Of a stretch of 32,564 nucleotides of DNA, positions 23,609 to 32,564 are shown in pieces; the first letter of the stretch is position 1, and each line of letters begins with the position of its first letter. Origin of the DNA: an uncultured bacterium (GTDB lineage: Bacteria > Methylomirabilota > Methylomirabilia > Rokubacteriales > CSP1-6). The notes under the pieces were generated by a model. That model saw only the letters and a list, made by a program, of their open reading frames with translations, did no database searches and was not told where the DNA came from. The position numbers and the translations under genes were made by a program. The stretch is from the NCBI GenBank assembly GCA_964637755.1, contig CAZWXA010000002.1:1-32564 (forward strand). The letters are read 5' to 3'.

Positions 23609-25837
23609 ATGCCGCTGCTGAGCCCCCAGGACCGCCGCAAGCGGAACCTCGTCGTCATCTGCGCGTTCCTCGTCCTGCTGGTCGTGGCCACGGCGTTCGA
23701 GTTCGGCATCCGCACACCGGACATCCCGGTGGCGTCGACCATCGTCGTGTTCGCGCTCTTCAACCTGAACCTGATCGTCTTCCTGCTGCTGCTCGTCCTG
23801 CTCTTCCGGAACCTGGTCAAGCTGTCGTTCGAGCGCCGGCAGAAGGTGATCGGGTCCAAGTTCAAGGCGAAGCTCGTGCTGGCCTTCCTGTCGCTGGCAC
23901 TCGCGCCGGCGATTTTGATCTTCATCATCGCCTCCAACTTCATCAACACCTCCATCGAAGGCTGGTTCAAGCCCCAGGTCGAGCGGCCGCTCGATCAGGC
24001 CCTGTCGGTGGCCCAGACGTACTACCAGAACCTCGAAGCGACCGCGCTCCGCCACGGCCAGCACCTCGCCCGCACCATCGCCCGCGAGGGGCTCCTCGCC
24101 GAGGAGCGCCGGCCAGCGCTCGCGGCATACCTCGCCGAGCAGCCAGATCAGCTCGGCGTGAGCGCGGTCGAGGTCTTCGACGCCGACGGTCGCGCCCTGG
24201 CTCACGCCAGAGAGCCGGCCGCGGGCAACCTGCCCGCGAGCGACATCGGCGCCCCCCAGGTCCGCCAGGGGCTCGCCGGCCAGGACGTCACGACCGTGCG
24301 CGAGGTGCAGGCCGGCGATCTCATCCAGGCCGTGACGCCCGTGTGGTCGGCGGGAGACGACCGCCGGGTGATCGGGGCCGTCGTGGTCGCCACGCACGTG
24401 GCCGAGCGGCTCGAGGCGAAGGTCCGCGGCATCTCGCAGGCCTTCACCGAGTACAAGCAGCTCAAGCTCCTGAAGAACCCCATCAAGGGGATCTACATCC
24501 TGATGTTCCTCCTGATGACGCTGATCATCGTCTTCTCGTTCACCTGGCTCGGCCTCTATCTCGCCCGGGGCATCACGGTGCCGATCGAGCAGCTCGTTGA
24601 GGGCACGCGGGAGGTCGCCGCCGGCAACCTCAGCTATCGGGTCCAGGCCCGGGCCGACGACGAGATCGGCGTGCTCGTCGAGTCCTTCAACCGGATGACC
24701 GGCGACCTGGCGCACTCCAAGACGCGCCTGGAGGCCGCATACCTCGACCTGCAGGCCAAGCACGCCGAGCTCGAGGGACGCCGGCGCTACACCGAGACCG
24801 TGCTCGAGGCGATCGCCACGGGGGTCGTCTCGTTCGACGCCGCCGGCCGGCTCACGACCATCAACCGGGCGGCCGCGCGCATGCTGGGCCTGACACCGGG
24901 AGCGAGCTCCGACCAGTCCCTGCGCGAGGTCTTCGCGATCCACGACTTCGACGACGTCATCGCCATGGCCAACCGCGTGAGTCGCGGAAAAGGGGAGACG
25001 GCCGAACGGGAGCTGCACCTCCGGCGCGACGGCGCCACCACCACCCTGCTCGCATCCGCGACCGCCCTGCGAGGCCCGGGCGGCGAGTACGCGGGCGTCG
25101 TCTTCGTCTTCGACGACCTCACCGAGCTCCTGCGGGCCCAGCGGCTGGCCGCCTGGCGCGAGGTCGCCCAGCGGATCGCGCACGAGATCAAGAACCCGCT
25201 GACGCCGATCCAGCTCTCGGCGCAGCGCATCCGTCGCCGGCTGGCGGACCGCTCGCCGGAGGACAAGCGCCTCGTCGACGAGTGCACGGGGACCATCATC
25301 CAGGAGGTGGAGGGCCTCAAGCACCTCGTGGACGAGTTTTCACGGTTCGCGCGCATGCCGGTCCTCTCGCCCCGGCCGACCGATCTCACGTCGCTCGTCG
25401 ACGGGGTGCTCGCCCTCTATCGCGAATCGCACCCCGGCCTCTCGCTGACGACGCGCTTCGCCGCCGATCTCCCGCTGCTGTCGGTGGACGCGGACCAGAT
25501 CAAGCGCGCCACGCTGAACCTCGTCGACAACGCCGTCGAGGCGGTCTCAGGCGTCGGGACGGTGAGCGTCGAGCTGACGTACTCGCCGGAGCCCGGGCGG
25601 GTCCGGCTCACGGTCAGCGACGACGGGCCGGGGATCACGCCCGAGGACCGGGAGAAGCTCTTCGTCCCCTACTTCTCCACCAAGGTCACCGGGATGGGGC
25701 TCGGACTTCCCATCGTCCAGCAGATCGTCTCCGACCACGGCGGCACGATCTCGCTCGAGGACAACGCGCCACGCGGCAGCCGCTTCGTCGTCGAGCTGCC
25801 CGCCGCGGCGATCCCCGCCGTCCCGGTCGGGACCTAG
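23609..25837 (+). CDS. ntrY: NtrY-like sensor histidine kinase (TM-HAMP-PAS-HisKA-HATPase)
   Basis: N-terminal TM helices, HAMP (PIEQLVEGTREVAAGNLSYRV...FNRMTGDL), PAS, H-box AHEIKNPLTPIQLSAQRI, N/G boxes (DNAVEA, DDGPGI, GMGLGL). Confidence 0.82.
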   Translation: MPLLSPQDRRKRNLVVICAFLVLLVVATAFEFGIRTPDIPVASTIVVFALFNLNLIVFLLLLVLLFRNLVKLSFERRQKVIGSKFKAKLVLAFLSLALAPAILIFIIASNFINTSIEGWFKPQVERPLDQALSVAQTYYQNLEATALRHGQHLARTIAREGLLAEERRPALAAYLAEQPDQLGVSAVEVFDADGRALAHAREPAAGNLPASDIGAPQVRQGLAGQDVTTVREVQAGDLIQAVTPVWSAGDDRRVIGAVVVATHVAERLEAKVRGISQAFTEYKQLKLLKNPIKGIYILMFLLMTLIIVFSFTWLGLYLARGITVPIEQLVEGTREVAAGNLSYRVQARADDEIGVLVESFNRMTGDLAHSKTRLEAAYLDLQAKHAELEGRRRYTETVLEAIATGVVSFDAAGRLTTINRAAARMLGLTPGASSDQSLREVFAIHDFDDVIAMANRVSRGKGETAERELHLRRDGATTTLLASATALRGPGGEYAGVVFVFDDLTELLRAQRLAAWREVAQRIAHEIKNPLTPIQLSAQRIRRRLADRSPEDKRLVDECTGTIIQEVEGLKHLVDEFSRFARMPVLSPRPTDLTSLVDGVLALYRESHPGLSLTTRFAADLPLLSVDADQIKRATLNLVDNAVEAVSGVGTVSVELTYSPEPGRVRLTVSDDGPGITPEDREKLFVPYFSTKVTGMGLGLPIVQQIVSDHGGTISLEDNAPRGSRFVVELPAAAIPAVPVGT

Positions 25838-25843
25838 CACGCG

Positions 25844-27205
<1,362 letters not shown>

Positions 27206-27336
27206 CCTCGGCCACGGAGGAGACGGTCATGTCGCCACGCGAGGGACCTCCAGGGGCCCACCACCCACCACGACCCGGAACCCGCGAGGCCGGATCGCGC
27301 CGGCGGTCTCTGGTCGCGATGCGGTGAGGGCCCCGC

Positions 27337-27366
27337 TTGACAGCGGCGCGACAACGCTTGTAGAGT
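27337..27366 (+). promoter_or_regulatory. sigma-70 promoter of the pyr operon (TTGACA-N18-TAGAGT)
   Basis: cTTGACAgcggcgcgacaacgcttgTAGAGTagacg. The leader to the pyrR GTG is about 130 nt. Confidence 0.6.
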
Positions 27367-27368
27367 AG

Positions 27369-28046
<678 letters not shown>

Positions 28047-28048
28047 CG

Positions 28049-29089
28049 ATGGCGTGGACACGCAAGGACCTGCTGACGATCCGGGAGCTCGAGCCGGCCG
28101 AGATCATGCTGCTGGTCGACACCGCGGCCTCGCTCCGCGAGATCGGCACCCGCGAGATCAAGAAGGTGCCGACTCTCCGGGGCAAGACGATCGTCAATCT
28201 CTTCTACGAGCCGTCGACCCGCACCCGCACGTCCTTCGAGATAGCCGGGAAATGGCTCTCCGCCGACGTGATCAACTTCTCGGCGTCGACCTCGAGCATC
28301 GGCAAGGGCGAAACATTGCTGGACACCGCCAGGAACATCGAGGCGATGAGCCCGGACGTCGTGGTGGTGCGTCACCCGTCCTCCGGGGCCGCGGAGCTGC
28401 TGGCCCGCGCGCTCCTGTGCGGGGTGGTGAACGCGGGCGACGGGGCGCACGAGCACCCGACCCAGGCCCTGCTCGACCTCCTGACCATCCGGGAGCGGAA
28501 GGGGCACCTCGAGGGGCTTCACGTCGCGATCGTCGGCGACGTCGCGCACAGCCGGGTGGCCAGATCCGGCATCTACGCCATGCGCAAGCTCGGCATGACC
28601 GTCACCGTAGCAGGGCCCCCGACGCTCATCCCGCCCCACGTGCAAGAGCTCGGCGTCAAGGTCTCGCACCGGCTCGAGGACGCGATCCGTGACGTGGACG
28701 TCATCATGATGCTCCGCCTCCAGCACGAGCGGATGAGCGCGGGGCTGATCCCGTCGCTTCGCGAGTACGCGCGGTACTGGGGCCTGACCCTCGACAAGCT
28801 CCGGGCGAGGGCGCGGCCGGACGTCCTGATCATGCACCCGGGCCCCGTGAACCGGGGGATCGAGCTCTCCCCGGAGGTCGCCGACGGTCCGTTCTCGGTC
28901 ATCCTCGAGCAGACCGGGAACGGCGTGGCTGTTCGGATGGCGGTGCTCTTCCTCCTGTCCGGTGCCAAGGCCTCGCAGGAGGCTCCTGCGGAACGAGGAG
29001 CACGCTCGGAGCCCGTGAACGAATCGGGCCCGCGGGGGATCCCGGTGGGGGGCGTCGGGGGGAGCGGCGGGCCTTCCCCCCGGCGTTGA
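28049..29089 (+). CDS. pyrB: aspartate carbamoyltransferase catalytic subunit (with an unusual C-terminal extension of about 35 aa)
   Basis: [32 protein letters not shown]. The conserved body ends near ...[13 protein letters not shown] (about 28964). The remaining residues run into repeat copy C, which supplies the TGA. Confidence 0.9.
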   Translation: MAWTRKDLLTIRELEPAEIMLLVDTAASLREIGTREIKKVPTLRGKTIVNLFYEPSTRTRTSFEIAGKWLSADVINFSASTSSIGKGETLLDTARNIEAMSPDVVVVRHPSSGAAELLARALLCGVVNAGDGAHEHPTQALLDLLTIRERKGHLEGLHVAIVGDVAHSRVARSGIYAMRKLGMTVTVAGPPTLIPPHVQELGVKVSHRLEDAIRDVDVIMMLRLQHERMSAGLIPSLREYARYWGLTLDKLRARARPDVLIMHPGPVNRGIELSPEVADGPFSVILEQTGNGVAVRMAVLFLLSGAKASQEAPAERGARSEPVNESGPRGIPVGGVGGSGGPSPRR

Positions 29090-29092
29090 CCT
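29043..29092 (+). repeat. G-run/C-run hairpin repeat, copy C (pyrB 3' end/pyrC junction)
   Basis: CGGTGGGGGGCGTCGGGGGGAGCGGCGGGCCTTCCCCCCGGCGTTGACCTG. It ends 1 nt before the pyrC ATG at 29094. Confidence 0.75.
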
Positions 29093-29093
29093 G

Positions 29094-30395
29094 ATGAAGC
29101 TGCTCGTCCAGAACGGCCGCGTGATCGATCCGGCCAGCGGGACGGACGCGGTGCAGGACGTGCTCATCGAGGACGGCGTGATCGTCGGGACCGGAAAGGT
29201 CATCGAGCCGGCCGCCCGCGCCGGTGCGGAGCTGCTCGACGCGACCGGCAAAGTCGTCTGTCCGGGACTGGTCGATATCCACGTGCACCTGCGCGAGCCC
29301 GGCCACGAGTACAAGGAGACGGTCCAGACCGGTACCCGGGCCGCGGCGGCCGGCGGGTTCACCGCCGTCTGCTGCATGGCCAACACGGAGCCCGTCAACG
29401 ACACGCGCGCGGTGACGGACTACATCCTGGCCAGGGCCCGGTCGGAGGGCGCCGTGCGTGTCTATCCGATCGGCGCGGTGACGAGAGGGCTCGGCGGCAA
29501 GGAGCTGGCCGAGCTGGCCGAGCTGGCGGAAGCGGGGTGCGTCGCGTTCTCCGACGACGGCAGGCCCGTCATGAATGCCGAGCTGTACCGGCGGGCGATG
29601 GAGTACACGCTCCCGTTCGGCTGCCCCGTCATCAGCCACGCCGAGGACGCCAACTTGAGCCACGGATGCTGCATGAACGAGGGCGTCGTGTCGACGGAGC
29701 TCGGGCTCCCGGGCGCGCCGGCCGCCGCCGAGGAGACGATGGTGGCGCGCGACATCCTGCTGGCCGAGCTGACGGGCGCCCACGTCCACATCGCCCATCT
29801 CTCGACGGCCGGGGCGGTCCGGTTGGTCCGCGAGGCGAAGGCGCGGGGCCTCCGCGTGACCGCCGAGGCGGCGCCGCACCACCTCGTGCTGACCGAGAAC
29901 GCCGTGCGCGGCTACGACACCAACACCAAGATGAACCCGCCGCTCAGGACACGGCGCGACGTCGACGCGCTGGTGGAGGGGCTCGCCGATGGCACGATCG
30001 ACTGCGTGGCGACCGACCACGCGCCCCACGCGGCGAGCGAGAAGGAGGGCGAATACGATCGGGCGGCCTTCGGCATCGTGGGACTCGAGACCGCCGTCCC
30101 CGTCCTGCTCGACCGGCTGGTACGCCCGGGCCTGATCGACCTGCCGACGCTCATCGCGCGCATGAGCAGCGGCCCCGCGCGCCTGCTGAATCTCCCGGGC
30201 GGAACGCTCGCCGCGGGCGCGCCGGCCGACCTGACGATCCTGGACCTCGACCGGGAACTCACGATCGACCCGTCGGCGTTCCTCTCCAAGAGCCGAAACA
30301 CCCCCTTCGGCGGCTGGAAGGTTCGCGGCGCCCCGTCGGCCACGGTCGTCGGGGGTAAGATTGTCTGGCGAGCCGCAGCCGGGAGTTCGAGTTGA
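29094..30395 (+). CDS. pyrC: dihydroorotase
   Basis: [10 protein letters not shown] (HxH), [21 protein letters not shown]. 433 aa. Confidence 0.92.
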   Translation: MKLLVQNGRVIDPASGTDAVQDVLIEDGVIVGTGKVIEPAARAGAELLDATGKVVCPGLVDIHVHLREPGHEYKETVQTGTRAAAAGGFTAVCCMANTEPVNDTRAVTDYILARARSEGAVRVYPIGAVTRGLGGKELAELAELAEAGCVAFSDDGRPVMNAELYRRAMEYTLPFGCPVISHAEDANLSHGCCMNEGVVSTELGLPGAPAAAEETMVARDILLAELTGAHVHIAHLSTAGAVRLVREAKARGLRVTAEAAPHHLVLTENAVRGYDTNTKMNPPLRTRRDVDALVEGLADGTIDCVATDHAPHAASEKEGEYDRAAFGIVGLETAVPVLLDRLVRPGLIDLPTLIARMSSGPARLLNLPGGTLAAGAPADLTILDLDRELTIDPSAFLSKSRNTPFGGWKVRGAPSATVVGGKIVWRAAAGSSS

Positions 30396-30480
30396 GCGGC
30401 GTCGGCGAGCGCCCGGCGCGAGCCCGCCGCGAGGCGAGCCCCGAGTCGATCGAGGCGAGCAGGTAATCGATCTGGACAGA

Positions 30481-31623
30481 ATGAGAGCAGGCAGACCACA
30501 GGCTATCCTGGCGCTCGGGGATGGGCGAGTCTTCCGGGGGGAGTCGCTGGGGGCCCCCGGCGAAACCTCGGGCGAGGTCGTCTTCAATACCTCGATGACG
30601 GGCTACCAGGAGATCCTGACCGACCCGTCATACCGGGGCCAGATCGTCCTCATGACATATCCGCTCGTCGGCAACTGCGGGGTGAACGAGGACGACGCGG
30701 AATCCCGCCGGGCCTGGGTCAACGGGTTCATCGTCAGGGAAGCGAGCCGCGTCGTCTCGAACTGGCGGGGGCGGATGTCACTCGGCGATTACCTCGAGCG
30801 CCACGGCGTCGTGGGCATCCAGGGGATCGACACGCGGGCTTTGACGCGGCACCTGAGAGACCACGGCGCCCAGGAGGGCCTCATCTCCACCCTGGACCTC
30901 GACGAGCGCCGGCTCACGGACCGCGCCCGCGCGCTGCCGCCGCTGGTCGGTCGCGATCTCGTCCGCGAGGTGACCGTCGATCAGCCGTTCCGCTGGACCG
31001 GGGCCGCCTGGAACACGACGCGCGGCTACGCGGAAGGCCCCCCTGCTGCTCCGCGGTTCCGGGTGGTGGCATACGATTCGGGCATCAAGCTCAACATCCT
31101 CCGCCGGCTGGCGTCTGTCGGATGCGAGGTCATCGTGGTACCCGCGTCGACTGCGGCCGAGCGCGTGCAGGACCTTGGGCCGGACGGCGTCGTCCTGTCC
31201 AACGGTCCGGGCGACCCGGAGGCGGTCCCGTACCTGATCGAGTCCGCGCGGCGCCTGCTCGGTCGGGTCCCCATCTTCGGCATCTGCCTCGGCCACCAGA
31301 TCCTCGCCCTCGCCGCGGGCGGCACCACGTACAAGCTACCGTTCGGCCACCACGGCGCCAACCATCCGGTGAAAGACCTCGCGACGGGTCGGGTCGAAAT
31401 CACCGCCCAGAATCACGGCTTTGCCGTCGACTCCGTGTCGGTCGAGTCGCGGGGGTGGGAGGTGACACACGTGAACCTGAACGACGGGACCTGCGAGGGC
31501 ATGCGCCACCGGGAGCTCCCGGTGCTCTCGGTCCAGTACCACCCCGAGGCATCGCCGGGTCCCCATGACGCCAGCTATCTGTTCGCCCGATTCACGGATC
31601 TGCTGAGCGAGAAGGGAGGCTGA
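30481..31623 (+). CDS. carA: carbamoyl-phosphate synthase small (glutaminase) subunit
   Basis: [44 protein letters not shown] (catalytic Cys), [19 protein letters not shown]. The ATG at 30481 gives the family-typical 380 aa. Confidence 0.92.
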   Translation: MRAGRPQAILALGDGRVFRGESLGAPGETSGEVVFNTSMTGYQEILTDPSYRGQIVLMTYPLVGNCGVNEDDAESRRAWVNGFIVREASRVVSNWRGRMSLGDYLERHGVVGIQGIDTRALTRHLRDHGAQEGLISTLDLDERRLTDRARALPPLVGRDLVREVTVDQPFRWTGAAWNTTRGYAEGPPAAPRFRVVAYDSGIKLNILRRLASVGCEVIVVPASTAAERVQDLGPDGVVLSNGPGDPEAVPYLIESARRLLGRVPIFGICLGHQILALAAGGTTYKLPFGHHGANHPVKDLATGRVEITAQNHGFAVDSVSVESRGWEVTHVNLNDGTCEGMRHRELPVLSVQYHPEASPGPHDASYLFARFTDLLSEKGG

Positions 31624-31632
31624 TCCCGCGTC

Positions 31633-31914
31633 ATGCCGAAGTATCTCGTCTCGTACCGCAAGATCGAGGAGGTGGGACAGAAGCCCGAGTGGACCTCGTT
31701 CACGACCCAGGACGCATCGGGCCGGGACGAACCGGCGCTCGACGCATCGGCGGTCAGGGAGCGGGTCGACAAGCGCATGGGTGTGCTGTTCGAAACGCTG
31801 TGGGGCAACGGCGAGGTCGTGTGGATCGGCTCGGGCCGGCTCGACGACCTGCTCTACAAGCGCGAAGAGGCTGCCCCGGAGACCTCGATCGTGTACGGAC
31901 TCGTCGAGGAATGA
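31633..31914 (+). CDS. hypothetical small acidic protein (93 aa) between carA and carB
   Basis: High GC3 codon usage like its neighbours. SD GGGAGG lies upstream. Its TGA abuts the carB GTG (aTGAGTG). I recognise no family. Confidence 0.6.
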   Translation: MPKYLVSYRKIEEVGQKPEWTSFTTQDASGRDEPALDASAVRERVDKRMGVLFETLWGNGEVVWIGSGRLDDLLYKREEAAPETSIVYGLVEE

Positions 31915-32564
31915 GTGCCCAAGCGAGCTGATCTGAAGAAGATCCTCATCATCGGCTCCGGGCCGATCGTCATCGGCCAGGCGTGCGAGTTCGACTACTC
32001 GGGCACCCAGGCCTGCAAGGCGCTCGCCGAGGAGGGTTTCGAGGTCGTCCTCGTCAACTCCAACCCGGCGACGATCATGACGGACCCGGAGACCGCCGGG
32101 CGGACGTACGTCGAGCCGTTGACCCCCGAGGTCGTCGCCCGGGTCATCGAGCGCGAGCGGCCGCAGGCGCTGCTGCCGACGCTCGGCGGCCAGACCGGCC
32201 TGAACCTCGCGGTCGCGCTCGCGGACGACGGCACCCTCGAGCGGTTCGGCGTCGAGCTGAACGGCGCCAAGCTCCCCGCGATCCGGAAGGCGGAGGATCG
32301 CCAGCTGTTCAAGGCGGCCATCGAGCGGATCGGGCTCGCCCTGCCCCGGTCGGGACTCGCCCGGACGGTCGACGACGCCTTCCGCATCGTGCAGGCGACC
32401 GGGTACCCCGCGATCATCCGCCCCTCGTTCACGCTCGGCGGCGCGGGCGGATCGATCGTGCGCTCGCCGGAGGACCTGGCCGCGGCCGTCGAGCGAGGCG
32501 TGCAGCTCTCGCCGGCGGGCTCGGTGCTCATCGAGCCCGCCGGCGAGAGCTGCACGCCTCGCTC
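31915..32564 (+). CDS. carB: carbamoyl-phosphate synthase large subunit, 3'-truncated; sequence after about 32535 is not authentic carB
   Basis: [37 protein letters not shown]..., [12 protein letters not shown]. There is no stop before the window end. The terminal residues PAGESCTPR replace the conserved ESL.GWKE block. Confidence 0.88.
   Translation, partial: MPKRADLKKILIIGSGPIVIGQACEFDYSGTQACKALAEEGFEVVLVNSNPATIMTDPETAGRTYVEPLTPEVVARVIERERPQALLPTLGGQTGLNLAVALADDGTLERFGVELNGAKLPAIRKAEDRQLFKAAIERIGLALPRSGLARTVDDAFRIVQATGYPAIIRPSFTLGGAGGSIVRSPEDLAAAVERGVQLSPAGSVLIEPAGESCTPR
32491..32564. repeat. terminal fold-back: 33-nt perfect inverted repeat with an 8-nt loop, running to the last base
   Basis: 32491-32523 (gagcgaggcgtgcagctctcgccggcgggctcg) is the exact reverse complement of 32532-32564. 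The loop is gtgctcat. Confidence 0.9.

Noticed and set aside
27229-27327. 33-codon ORF (MSPREGPPGAHHPPRPGTREAGSRRRSLVAMR) with a strong SD (GGAGGAG) just after ntrX and upstream of the pyr promoter.
   Set aside because: The peptide is low-complexity and the ORF uses several codons ending in A or T that are rare in the neighbouring genes (cca, cct, gga, cga). It has no recognisable family, and the SD-like sequence may be fortuitous. It cannot be excluded as a leader or micro-peptide, but I cannot support it.
29502-29528. Triple tandem 9-nt repeat GAGCTGGCC/GAGCTGGCC/GAGCTGGCG inside pyrC.
   Set aside because: It is in frame and encodes ELAELAELA in a helical segment. This looks like ordinary short coding repetition or slippage with no evidence of a regulatory role.

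Overview
High-GC (roughly 68-70% by eye) bacterial chromosomal window. It is almost fully coding. I support 35 CDS and find no rRNA, tRNA, CRISPR array, transposase or integrase. Layout: (1) 2-439, a 5'-truncated Fic-like tail. (2) 555-8900, minus strand: one tightly packed uptake/catabolic operon with two acyl-CoA dehydrogenases, a hotdog thioesterase, a LivKHMGF-type ABC importer and an MBL-fold hydrolase. A clear sigma-70 promoter with an operator palindrome sits at its 5' end. (3) 9205-13654: a nucleotide-sugar cluster (ugd, UDP-glucuronate decarboxylase, a 4-epimerase, a Trm112-like zinc ribbon missing from the ORF track, and an NDP-sugar pyrophosphorylase). (4) 13651-21890: a housekeeping block, lepA-lepB-hemW-hrcA-grpE-dnaJ-prmA-rsmE. 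It has Bacillus-like synteny, but dnaK is absent from its usual slot. (5) 22014-27205: lpxC, a DUF4390 protein, ntrY and ntrX. (6) 27337 to the end: a pyr operon (PyrR-binding leader, pyrR-pyrB-pyrC-carA, an orphan 93-aa ORF, then carB). Most long ORFs in the track that lie antisense or out of frame are high-GC shadow ORFs, and several track ORFs carry spurious N-terminal extensions, which I re-trimmed. Honest assessment: this is mostly core metabolism, and I see no convincing new multi-gene system such as a defence island. Five signals are not explained by ordinary annotation. (a) A roughly 55-65 nt G-run/C-run hairpin repeat sits just upstream of hrcA, dnaJ and pyrC, with two degenerate copies in the minus-strand operon. 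(b) A consensus sigma-54 promoter, a 20-bp palindrome and an AT-rich spacer lie upstream of lpxC-DUF4390-ntrYX. (c) TGnTATAAT-type promoters lie only 6-14 nt from start codons, implying leaderless or near-leaderless mRNAs. (d) A small unknown ORF is translationally coupled between carA and carB. (e) The last 33 nt of the window are a perfect fold-back of the preceding carB sequence, most likely an assembly or amplification artefact.
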